The notes beneath the pieces are model-generated. The model did not search any database and was not told the DNA's origin. It worked only from the letters and a program-made list of their open reading frames with translations. This document shows positions 15,756 through 23,861 of a stretch of 24,000 nucleotides of DNA, one piece after another. The translations under genes were made by a program, and so were the position numbers. Position 1 is the first letter of the stretch; the number at the start of each line of letters is the position of its first letter. This DNA is from Bacteroidota bacterium. Its GTDB lineage: Bacteria > Bacteroidota > Bacteroidia > Chitinophagales > Chitinophagaceae. The stretch spans positions 53,863-77,862 of the forward strand of contig JBEHYP010000003.1 in NCBI GenBank assembly GCA_048498115.1. Reading direction: 5' to 3'.

Positions 15756-17006
15756 ATGCGTACTCCCCTTGGCGCTGTTATATTCATTGCTGTTTTACTG
15801 CTGATAGATGCCTATGCTTTCCAGGCAGTGAGAAGTGTGAGCCTTACTGCTTCACACAAAACAAAAACCATCGTTAATATTGCGTACTGGTCGCTTACGG
15901 CGCTTACCATCATTGCATTTTTGGTATTGGTCATTAACCGGGTTGACTATTTTCCAAGAGTGGTGCGCAATTACATTTTTGCTATTGTAGTGGGCATTTT
16001 TTTGGCCAAATTGTGTGTTGTTTTTTTTACATTGATAGATGATATCCGCAGGCTTTTCCAGTGGATAGTGCTGAAAATAGCCTATAGTTCCAACCGGCTG
16101 GACACTGCGCAGACAGAGCCTATCAGCCGTTCTGTTTTTTTAAACTGGCTGGGCCTTGCGGCAGGCGGCACTTTATTTGGCAGCCTTATCCATGGATTCA
16201 GCAACAAATACAATTACCATGTAAACAGGCTGCAGGTTTCGTTTCCCAACCTCCCGGCGGGGTTTAAAGGGCTAAAAATTTTACAGATAAGCGATATCCA
16301 CTCCGGCAGCTTTACCGATCCCAAAGCAGTTCATCATGGCATTGAAAAAATACTGAACGAAAAAGCAGACATCATTTTATTTACCGGCGACCTGGTAAAC
16401 GATATGGCCAGCGAAATGGAAGATTATATTGAGATGTTCAGCAAGCTGGCAGCACCGATGGGCGTATATTCCACGCTGGGCAACCATGATTACGGCCCTT
16501 ATATACGCTGGCCGCAAAATGGAATGAGCCAGGATGAAAACCTGGAATACCTGAAAAAAATACATGCAGCAATGGGCTGGCGCCTGCTGCTGAACGAGCA
16601 TGTACCACTGGAACGAAACGGTGATAAAATTGCTTTAATAGGAATTGAAAACTGGAGCGCTAAAAAAACGTTTTCCCGCTATGGCCGGCTTGACCTCGCC
16701 CATAAAGGCACAGAAGCCTATCCGTTTAAAATTTTAATGAGCCACGACCCCAGCCATTGGGATGCACAGGTGCGGACAGGGTTCCCTGATATTGACCTTA
16801 CACTTAGCGGCCACACGCATGGTATGCAGTTCGGCGTGGATATTCCCGGCTTTAAATGGAGCCCTGTGCAGTATATGTACAAGCAATGGGCAGGTTTGTA
16901 CGAAAGCGAAAAGCAAAAGCTGTACGTAAACCGTGGCTTTGGGTTTATCGGCTATCCCGGAAGGGTTGGGATATTGCCTGAAATAACAGTAATTGAATTA
17001 GTCTAA
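15756..17006 (+). CDS. Membrane-anchored metallophosphoesterase (calcineurin-like)
   Basis: Four to five N-terminal TM helices, then the phosphoesterase motifs SDIHSG, GDLVND, GNHD and GHTHG. Confidence 0.88.
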   Translation: MRTPLGAVIFIAVLLLIDAYAFQAVRSVSLTASHKTKTIVNIAYWSLTALTIIAFLVLVINRVDYFPRVVRNYIFAIVVGIFLAKLCVVFFTLIDDIRRLFQWIVLKIAYSSNRLDTAQTEPISRSVFLNWLGLAAGGTLFGSLIHGFSNKYNYHVNRLQVSFPNLPAGFKGLKILQISDIHSGSFTDPKAVHHGIEKILNEKADIILFTGDLVNDMASEMEDYIEMFSKLAAPMGVYSTLGNHDYGPYIRWPQNGMSQDENLEYLKKIHAAMGWRLLLNEHVPLERNGDKIALIGIENWSAKKTFSRYGRLDLAHKGTEAYPFKILMSHDPSHWDAQVRTGFPDIDLTLSGHTHGMQFGVDIPGFKWSPVQYMYKQWAGLYESEKQKLYVNRGFGFIGYPGRVGILPEITVIELV

Positions 17007-17022
17007 ATTTTTCCTGTGCTGG

Positions 17023-17115
17023 TTTGCGAACCCGTATTTATCGGGCCTGTAGCTTAAGACCATTCGGTGCATTTGCGAAACCCGATAGCTATCGGGTCGT
17101 GGCTAAGGTCAATTC
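17023..17115. repeat. Imperfect tandem duplication (about 44-bp unit, 49-bp period); the second copy carries an 18-bp perfect palindrome
   Basis: Copy 1 is TTTGCGAACCCGTATTTATCGGGCCTGTAGCTTAAGACCATTC (17023-17065). Copy 2 is TTTGCGAAACCCGATAGCTATCGGGTCGTGGCTAAGGTCAATTC (17072-17115). The palindrome ACCCGATAGCTATCGGGT lies at 17080-17097. Confidence 0.75.
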
Positions 17116-17495
17116 AGCTTAAAAGGCACCGTCATTTCAAAAGCAGGGATAACAACGCTGAACAATTTTTTATTGTTCACATTTTCCATCTGGTAAGTGC
17201 CGTACATTTTTCCCATTTCTGTTTTCAGGTTGCACCCGCTGATGTATTGGTATTTAGTGCCGGGATTAATGATGGGCTGCACACCAATAACGCCTTCACC
17301 TTCCACCTCCCTCAAATTGGAAGTAGCATCAAAAATATACCAGTGGCGGCGGAGAAGCTTTACAGGGAAGGAATTATTGTTTTCAATGGTTATCCTGTAA
17401 GCAAACATAAATTCATTGTTTGCCGGGTTGCTGTAATCCGGTTGGTAAAAGGTTTCAACCGAAACTGTGACCCCCTCTGATATTTTTGAAACCAT
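17109..17495 (-). CDS. apaG: ApaG (DUF525) protein
   Basis: FMFAYRITIENN..., RHWYIFDA and GEGVIGVQP blocks, about 128 aa. Confidence 0.9.
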   Translation of the reverse strand: MVSKISEGVTVSVETFYQPDYSNPANNEFMFAYRITIENNNSFPVKLLRRHWYIFDATSNLREVEGEGVIGVQPIINPGTKYQYISGCNLKTEMGKMYGTYQMENVNNKKLFSVVIPAFEMTVPFKLN

Positions 17496-17614
17496 TGCCT
17501 GTAATTAAGTGCTGTAAATATAGCAAAAAGGGCGGGCTTTATTTTTCAAATAAGGAAAAAATGCTGCTCTGCAAGGGTAGCTGTATATAGAGGCGCAGGG
17601 TCGAAGAGAGTTTT

Positions 17615-17959
17615 TTAAATTTTCTTCGCAGCAGAAAAACCGTTTTTTTGTAACCATTGCAATACCTTATCCCTATTGTCTCCCTGGATAATTATTTCTC
17701 CTTCTTTTACAGAACCTCCGGTGCCACAAAAGGCTTTTAATTTTTTCCCCAGCTCTTCCATATCCTTTGTTGTGCCGGCAAAGCCTGTTACCAGGGTTAC
17801 CGCTTTGCCCGCCCTTTGCTTTTTATCCAGCACAATCTTCAACCGTTGTGCTGCAGCAGGCAATGTTTCCTGCTCTTCAACAGCATCATCTTCCAGCTTT
17901 ACATCCGGATCCGTGGAGTAAACCAGCCCGGCGAATGAATTTAATTTTTTCTTTTGCAT
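17615..17959 (-). CDS. yciH: SUI1/eIF1-family translation initiation factor homolog (YciH-like)
   Basis: Size of about 114 aa and a C-terminal SUI1 fold pattern (KGKAVTLVTGF...LKAFCGTGGSVKEGEIIIQGDNRDKV). Confidence 0.88.
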   Translation of the reverse strand: MQKKKLNSFAGLVYSTDPDVKLEDDAVEEQETLPAAAQRLKIVLDKKQRAGKAVTLVTGFAGTTKDMEELGKKLKAFCGTGGSVKEGEIIIQGDNRDKVLQWLQKNGFSAAKKI

Positions 17960-17975
17960 GAGAACGGTTTTTATG

Positions 17976-18827
17976 TCAGATCAGCTTCGCTTTCAGGCTA
18001 AGGTCAAGGCTTCTTGCCTGGTGTATAATGCTGCCGCTTGATACAAAATCAACGCCGGTGGCAGCATAGGCTTCTATATTATCTAAATTAATGCCGCCGC
18101 TTGCTTCCGTTTGGTATTTACCATTGATGACCTTTAATGCTTCTGCTACCTGTTCCGGCGTAAAATTGTCCAGCATTACCACATCCACTTTGCCCGTGGT
18201 CATCACTTTTTTTACATCTTCAATATTCCTTGTCTCCACTTCAATCCTCAATCCCGGCTTTTTTGCTTGTACATAATTGTATGCTTTTTCTATCGCCTTT
18301 TCAATGCCGCCGCAATAATCAATATGATTGTCTTTCAGCATTATCATGTCGTACAATCCAAAACGGTGGTTAACGCCGCCGCCTATCCGCACAGCCTCTT
18401 TTTCCAGCACCCTGAAGTTAGGCGTGGTTTTTCTTGTATCCAGCAATTTTGTTTTGTACGGTTTCAGTTTTTCAGTGTATTGCCTGGTAAGCGTAGCGAT
18501 GCCGCTCATGCGCTGCATACAGTTAAGCACCAGCCTTTCGCATTGCAGGATTGTATGCACTTTTGCCTGCACTTCAAAAGCGGTTTCACCATATTTCATT
18601 GCATCACCGTCTTTTTTACAGGCAGTAAAAACAATTCCGGGCTGCATGTATTGAAAAATTTTTTCGGCCACATTCACCCCGGCCAATACCCCGTCTTCTT
18701 TTATTTTCAATACCGCTTTGCCTTCTGCAGCAGGGTCAATGCTTGCCAGCGTAGAGTGGTCGCCATCGCCGATATCTTCTGCCAGTGCATTCTTAATAAG
18801 CTGCTTTAATTTTTCTTCGTATACCAT
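17976..18827 (-). CDS. nadC: Nicotinate-nucleotide diphosphorylase (carboxylating), quinolinate phosphoribosyltransferase
   Basis: QPRTase pattern: EDIGDGDHST, LLDTRKTTPNFR, NHR, MLDNF and SGGI. Confidence 0.95.
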   Translation of the reverse strand: MVYEEKLKQLIKNALAEDIGDGDHSTLASIDPAAEGKAVLKIKEDGVLAGVNVAEKIFQYMQPGIVFTACKKDGDAMKYGETAFEVQAKVHTILQCERLVLNCMQRMSGIATLTRQYTEKLKPYKTKLLDTRKTTPNFRVLEKEAVRIGGGVNHRFGLYDMIMLKDNHIDYCGGIEKAIEKAYNYVQAKKPGLRIEVETRNIEDVKKVMTTGKVDVVMLDNFTPEQVAEALKVINGKYQTEASGGINLDNIEAYAATGVDFVSSGSIIHQARSLDLSLKAKLI

Positions 18828-18832
18828 TATTA

Positions 18833-18840
18833 CAAAACTA
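18833..18840 (-). promoter_or_regulatory. -7 box TAGTTTTG, 5 nt upstream of the nadC ATG
   Basis: The plus strand reads CAAAACTA, an exact TAnnTTTG match on the minus strand. It abuts the U-tract of the upstream terminator. Confidence 0.45.
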
Positions 18841-18875
18841 AAAATAAAAATCCCCCGATATGATACCGGGGGATT
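18838..18875 (-). terminator. Rho-independent terminator downstream of the DUF4783 gene
   Basis: Perfect 9-bp stem AATCCCCCG (18849-18857) / CGGGGGATT (18867-18875) with a 9-nt loop. The minus strand continues with TTTTTATTTTT. Confidence 0.78.
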
Positions 18876-18894
18876 AAAATATTTTATTCAAAGC

Positions 18895-19275
18895 TTACCT
18901 GCTTTCAAACCTCAGTTCCTGCAGCAGCTGCCCATCCTTTTTTTGTTTCATGTATACCGTGGTACGGAAAGGGCCGTTTTTAGTAACCAGCGTTCCGATG
19001 CAGTATTGCGAGCCTGCATTTTCCCCTTTATGTATCACTTCAAAACTTTTAACGGGGTTATTGGCAAAGAAATCTTTTAACACGATTTCTGCCTGGCTTT
19101 TGCTATAGCTGCCGCCTTTATCGGGCAGGGTTATTTCCACCGTGTTATCAAAAAATTTAGACACTGCTGCAGCATTGCCTGTTTTAATGGCTGCCACCAC
19201 ATCGTCTATGCTTTCAGCTGGCCTAAAGGAAGCTAAAAGCAATGCAGATAAGAATATTGCGAAGAATTGTTTCAT
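18895..19275 (-). CDS. DUF4783-family secreted protein (function unknown)
   Basis: Signal peptide. The size of about 126 aa and the sequence pattern (AIKTGNAAAVSKFFD...YSKSQAEIVLKDFF) match the family usually found beside nadC in Bacteroidota. Confidence 0.7.
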   Translation of the reverse strand: MKQFFAIFLSALLLASFRPAESIDDVVAAIKTGNAAAVSKFFDNTVEITLPDKGGSYSKSQAEIVLKDFFANNPVKSFEVIHKGENAGSQYCIGTLVTKNGPFRTTVYMKQKKDGQLLQELRFESR

Positions 19276-19404
19276 TCCAGTATTGATTAGTTTTTACCAA
19301 ACATTATTTTACTAAAAACGTGCCAGCAGGCCGCCTTATTATCTTTACAGGAGACTAATATAGTTAAAGATTGGGTTGCTTTCCTTAAAAAGTTCTAAAT
19401 GAAT

Positions 19405-19412
19405 TAGCTTTG
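19405..19412 (+). promoter_or_regulatory. -7 box TAGCTTTG, 4 nt upstream of the gpmI ATG
   Basis: Exact TAnnTTTG match. The ATG is at 19417. Confidence 0.45.
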
Positions 19413-19416
19413 CATT

Positions 19417-20937
19417 ATGAGTAACAAAAAAGCGATTTTAATAATAATGGATGGCTGGGGCCTTGGGAAGGTAAAAAGCAGCGATGCAATCCAGCATGCC
19501 AATGTGCCCTTTGTAAGTTCCCTGTATAAAAAATATCCGAATACCACTTTGGTAACCTGCGGCGAAGATGTGGGCCTGCCTGAAGGACAAATGGGCAACA
19601 GTGAAGTGGGCCACCTGAACCTGGGCGCCGGGCGCATTGTGTACCAGGAGCTTCAGCGTATTAATGTGGCTATCCGCAGCGGTGAATTTCAAAAAAATGA
19701 AACCCTGCTGGCTGCGATCAGGTATGCAAAAGAAAATAATAAGAAGCTGCATCTGCTTGGCCTTGTGAGCAACGGCGGCGTGCATTCCCATACCAATCAT
19801 TTAAAAGCAATATGTGATGTTTGCAAGGCAGAAGGATTAAGCAATGTTTTAATTCATGCCTTCACCGATGGCAGGGACACTGACCCCAAAAGCGGTCTTG
19901 GCTTTATAACCGACCTGCAGCAGCATTTGGATAAATCGGCCGGCGCCATTGCTTCCATTACAGGCCGTTATTATGCAATGGACAGGGACAAACGCTGGGA
20001 AAGGGTGAAACTGGCTTACGATGCTTTGGTAAATGGCACAGGCGAAAAAGCCACAGATTTATTGCAGGCCATCAAAAGCTCTTATGCCGGCAATGTTACA
20101 GATGAATTCATAAAGCCCATCATCAATGCCAATATCAGTGACGGAACTATTAAAGAAGGTGATGCCGTTATCTGCTTTAATTTCCGTACCGACAGGTGCA
20201 GGGAAATAACACAGGTACTAACGCAGACGGATATGCCGGATTTTGGAATGAAGACATTAAAGCTGCATTATGTTACCATGACCCAGTACGATCACAGCTT
20301 TAAAGACGTGAATATTATCTTTGGTAATGACGACCTGAAAAATACGCTGGGTGAGGTATTGCAGCAGAATGGCAGAACACAGATACGCATTGCAGAAACA
20401 GAAAAATACCCGCATGTATCATTCTTCTTCAGCGGCGGCAGGGAAGTACCATTTGAAGGCGAAAGAAGGATTATGATACCTTCTCCAAGGGTGGCCACAT
20501 ACGATCTGCAGCCTGAAATGAGCGCTTACGGAGTAACAGATGCCATTGTAAAAGAAATTGAAAATGATCCCGCTGATTTTATCTGCCTTAACTTTGCTAA
20601 TGCAGATATGGTAGGCCATACCGGCGTATGGGAAGCTGTAATAAAAGCAGTAGAAACAGTGGACGCCTGCGTGGAAAAAGTAATAACTGCCGCCCTGAAG
20701 CAGGATTATATTATTTTCCTTACAGCAGACCATGGCAATGCAGATTATGAGATAAATGAAGACGGCACGCCCAATACAGCTCATACGCTGAACCTGGTGC
20801 CGCTGTTTGTAATAGACAATAGCTGGCATGGTGAAGTGTTGACGGGCAAGCTGGGTGACATTGCCCCGAGTATTTTGACTATGATGGGACTGCCTGTACC
20901 AAAAGAAATGACGGGAAATGTTTTAATAAAAAAATAA
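19417..20937 (+). CDS. gpmI: 2,3-bisphosphoglycerate-independent phosphoglycerate mutase
   Basis: IIMDGWG, the catalytic Ser motif GNSEVGH, NGGVHSH, TADHGNA and a length of about 506 aa. Confidence 0.96.
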   Translation: MSNKKAILIIMDGWGLGKVKSSDAIQHANVPFVSSLYKKYPNTTLVTCGEDVGLPEGQMGNSEVGHLNLGAGRIVYQELQRINVAIRSGEFQKNETLLAAIRYAKENNKKLHLLGLVSNGGVHSHTNHLKAICDVCKAEGLSNVLIHAFTDGRDTDPKSGLGFITDLQQHLDKSAGAIASITGRYYAMDRDKRWERVKLAYDALVNGTGEKATDLLQAIKSSYAGNVTDEFIKPIINANISDGTIKEGDAVICFNFRTDRCREITQVLTQTDMPDFGMKTLKLHYVTMTQYDHSFKDVNIIFGNDDLKNTLGEVLQQNGRTQIRIAETEKYPHVSFFFSGGREVPFEGERRIMIPSPRVATYDLQPEMSAYGVTDAIVKEIENDPADFICLNFANADMVGHTGVWEAVIKAVETVDACVEKVITAALKQDYIIFLTADHGNADYEINEDGTPNTAHTLNLVPLFVIDNSWHGEVLTGKLGDIAPSILTMMGLPVPKEMTGNVLIKK

Positions 20938-20980
20938 TGCTACATTTAGGCATATTTAGTCCCTGGTAAATCTCATATCC

Positions 20981-21472
20981 ATGATTAAAAGAATATTGTT
21001 GTTACTGCTGGCAGCATTAATATTCATCCAGTTTTTTCATCCTGAAAAAAATATTAATGAAAACCCGTCAGCAATGGATAAAGATATCAGCTCTGCGTCC
21101 TTTGTTCCCGATTCTATTTTCAAGATATTAGAAACCAGTTGCTACGACTGTCACAGCAACAATACCGAGTATCCCTGGTATGCAGAAGTGCAGCCGGTGG
21201 CCTGGTGGATGAACAATCATATCCGGGAAGGCAAAAGGGAAATTAATTTTGATGAATTTGCTTCTTATCGTCCCGGCAAGCAATACAGGAAACTCGATGA
21301 AATCATCAAACAGGTGCAGGAAGGGGAAATGCCCCTGAAATCCTACACGTTCATTCATAAATACGCCATCCTCAGCAGCCGGCAAAAGCAGGCAATTATT
21401 GCATGGGCCAATGCTGCAATGGACAGTATGAAGCTCAGATACCCGGCAGACAGTCTCCTGAAAAAAAAATAA
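20981..21472 (+). CDS. Membrane-anchored haem-binding-domain protein (single CxxCH)
   Basis: N-terminal hydrophobic anchor, a c-type haem attachment motif CYDCH followed by NNTEYPWY..VQPVAWWM, and EGEMPL. Confidence 0.72.
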   Translation: MIKRILLLLLAALIFIQFFHPEKNINENPSAMDKDISSASFVPDSIFKILETSCYDCHSNNTEYPWYAEVQPVAWWMNNHIREGKREINFDEFASYRPGKQYRKLDEIIKQVQEGEMPLKSYTFIHKYAILSSRQKQAIIAWANAAMDSMKLRYPADSLLKKK

Positions 21473-21561
21473 TACCTCCTGCCGCTACCATATTTTTTTA
21501 CTGTGCAGCATAAAAGCTGCGGATTTTGCCCTATATTTAGGGTGTAAACCAAGCACAAACT

Positions 21562-22137
21562 ATGACTGAAGAGCAAATGCTTACAGGCTGTCTTCAAAAC
21601 GATGCCGCTTCGCAGGATGCATTATACTCAAGGTACAGCCCCCGCATGCTTGGCGTTTGCTACCGCTTTGCTAAAAACAGGGAAGATGCAGAAGATATGC
21701 TGCAGGAAGGGTTTATCAAAGTGTTTTCCCAGATACACCAATACCGGAATGAAGGTGCATTGGAGGGCTGGATACGGAAAATAATGGTGCACACCTGCAT
21801 TAATTCACTGAAGAAAAACAAAAAGTTTTCAGACAGTGTTGATATTGCTTATGCAGGAAGCGTTGGCATAAGAGAAGAAGCTATTCCTGCCGTGATGCAG
21901 GCCAAAGAAGTGGTGGAGTGCATCCGTATGCTGCCGATGGGGTACCGTACAGTGCTGAACCTGTATGCCGTAGAAGGCTACTCCCATAAGGAAATAGGCC
22001 TGATGCTTGATATTGAAGAAAGTACCAGCCGGAGCCAGTACACCAGGGCTAAAACTATGCTGGAAGATATTTTGATAAGGAAAAAAATATTGCAGAAACC
22101 AAAAGAAAAAATTTCGAAGATTTCTGCAGCTATCTAA
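21562..22137 (+). CDS. ECF-type RNA polymerase sigma-70 family factor
   Basis: Region 2 (DAEDMLQEGFIKVF...EGWIRKIMVHTCIN) and region 4 HTH (GYSHKEIGLMLDIEESTSRSQYTRAK), about 191 aa. Confidence 0.9.
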   Translation: MTEEQMLTGCLQNDAASQDALYSRYSPRMLGVCYRFAKNREDAEDMLQEGFIKVFSQIHQYRNEGALEGWIRKIMVHTCINSLKKNKKFSDSVDIAYAGSVGIREEAIPAVMQAKEVVECIRMLPMGYRTVLNLYAVEGYSHKEIGLMLDIEESTSRSQYTRAKTMLEDILIRKKILQKPKEKISKISAAI

Positions 22138-22183
22138 TAGAAACCAAAACTAACATACCGGTAATTGAAGACGCTTGTGAAAC

Positions 22184-23725
22184 ATGGAAAACAGGAATAA
22201 CATAGCCAGCTTTGAAAAATTTTTGAGGGATAAGACAGATGAGTTTAAAATGTACCCTTCCAAAAAAGTATGGTACAGCATTTATAACAATATGCATCCC
22301 GGCAACAAATGGCCATCTGTGACAATGTGCACTGTGTTGATTTGCTCATTGTTATTAATCGGCTATCTCAATACAGGGGTAAGCAAAGGGTATACACAGC
22401 AGCAGCAACTTGCTGCCGCAGCAAAAAACAATGTTGCTTTCAATCACACAAGCGTTGGTAATTCCCCTATTCTTTTCCCGGGAAATAATACTGCTGCAGG
22501 CAATTCATTTAATATGATAACCCCTGCAGGTAATAATAATACAACCACCGTTCAGGCGGTACAAAATACTACAGTTAATTACAACCAAAACGCCAGTAAT
22601 CGTAAAGCAGGCAACACTATCTTGTCTTCCGGCAAACCCCGGTCAATAAATCAACATGCGGCTGTAGTAATAGCTGCTGCCCGGGAAGATGAATTAACTG
22701 CTGCATTGGCCGAAAGCAATCCCGATATTGCAGATGATAATGTGGCAGTGGTGGACAAACCATCCGCACGTGTAAAGCAAAATACGATAATACCAGCGAA
22801 CATAAACAACGATGACCCAATCGCTTCAATTAGTGGGAGCAATAACAATATGACTATACCGCCTGCAGGTATAAACAGCGGAACCGCTAAGCAAAACAAT
22901 GCAAGCAAGGTCAATACCAAAGGAGCCGCCCTTACTTTAGCAGAGAAAGAATGGATCGAAAATTTTGCATTCTATAATGCCCCGGTAAAAAAATGGAAAG
23001 GGAAGCTTGCGGCCCAGATGTATGCAACACCTTCGGTGGTATACAGAAGACTGTATAATAATGCTGCCGGCAGGGACATTGGCGGAAACGGCACAGGCAA
23101 TTTCAATAATGCAAACGTGGAAAACGTAGTGGTGCAAAAACCTTCTTTTGGGATAGAAGCCGGTGTTGCCTTACAATATGATGTATTAAAAATACTGAAA
23201 TTGAAAGCAGGGCTTCAATTAAATTATACCCGTTACAATGCACATGGGTTTGAAAACAATCACCCTGTTTCATCTTCTATTATAGTAAATTCTGAAAATG
23301 ACAACTCTGCTTATGAAGTAAGCCGCGCCACACCCTATTCCAATACTTATGGCATCAATCCTGTAAAGCTGCACAATGAGACTTACCAGGTATCAATACC
23401 TGTTGGCGCAGATGTGCAATTGCTGTCTGTTGATAATGTTTCATGGTATGCCGGCGCCACTATACAACCTACATGGGTAGTATTTGGCAATTCCTATCTT
23501 ATATCAGCCGACAGGCATAATTACGTGCACGACAATTCGATGCTTAACCATTTTAACCTGAATGCCGGGTTTGAAACTTATCTTTCGTTTAAAAAGAATG
23601 GTTATAGCTGGCAGATCGGCCCCCAGTTCCGTTCCCAGCTTTTTTCCACCAACAGCAAAGTATACTCCGTGGAAGAACGCCTGATGAATTTCGGGCTTAA
23701 AATCGGCATAACCAAAAAGCTGTAA
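22184..23725 (+). CDS. Uncharacterised single-pass membrane protein with a long low-complexity linker and a C-terminal OMP-like beta-barrel region; possible sigma-associated (anti-sigma-like) partner
   Basis: It starts 46 nt after the sigma gene on the same strand. It has about 43 aa of cytoplasmic N-terminus, a TM helix (aa ~44-62) and an Asn/Ala/Thr/Gln-rich segment (aa ~66-255). Eight amphipathic beta-strand-like segments follow (for example FGIEAGVALQYDV, LKLKAGLQLNYTRY, YSWQIGPQFRSQLF, MNFGLKIGITKKL). The CDS is well supported; the function is not. Confidence 0.6.
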   Translation: MENRNNIASFEKFLRDKTDEFKMYPSKKVWYSIYNNMHPGNKWPSVTMCTVLICSLLLIGYLNTGVSKGYTQQQQLAAAAKNNVAFNHTSVGNSPILFPGNNTAAGNSFNMITPAGNNNTTTVQAVQNTTVNYNQNASNRKAGNTILSSGKPRSINQHAAVVIAAAREDELTAALAESNPDIADDNVAVVDKPSARVKQNTIIPANINNDDPIASISGSNNNMTIPPAGINSGTAKQNNASKVNTKGAALTLAEKEWIENFAFYNAPVKKWKGKLAAQMYATPSVVYRRLYNNAAGRDIGGNGTGNFNNANVENVVVQKPSFGIEAGVALQYDVLKILKLKAGLQLNYTRYNAHGFENNHPVSSSIIVNSENDNSAYEVSRATPYSNTYGINPVKLHNETYQVSIPVGADVQLLSVDNVSWYAGATIQPTWVVFGNSYLISADRHNYVHDNSMLNHFNLNAGFETYLSFKKNGYSWQIGPQFRSQLFSTNSKVYSVEERLMNFGLKIGITKKL

Positions 23726-23798
23726 TCAAAACAATTTTTTCAAAAGGATTGCGTTTATATACGTGTTCCCCCATAAGGAACAAATAATCACAATTAAA

Positions 23799-23828
23799 GC
23801 CACTGCGCCGTACCAGCAGTGGTTTTTT
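23799..23828 (+). terminator. Rho-independent terminator after the 513-aa gene
   Basis: Perfect 7-bp stem CCACTGC (23800-23806) / GCAGTGG (23816-23822) with a 9-nt loop, followed by T6 (23823-23828). Confidence 0.8.
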
Positions 23829-23849
23829 GTTTTCCATGCGCATTCGGTT

Positions 23850-23857
23850 TAATTTTG
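23850..23857 (+). promoter_or_regulatory. -7 box TAATTTTG, 4 nt upstream of ATG 23862
   Basis: Exact TAnnTTTG match. Confidence 0.4.
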
Positions 23858-23861
23858 CCGG

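Noticed and set aside
11980-16200. Possible oriC next to parAB (DnaA boxes TTATCCACA)
   Set aside because: Only scattered 7-8/9 matches lie inside coding regions (for example TGTGGATAT near 11990). There is no cluster in an AT-rich intergenic region and no dnaA or dnaN gene.
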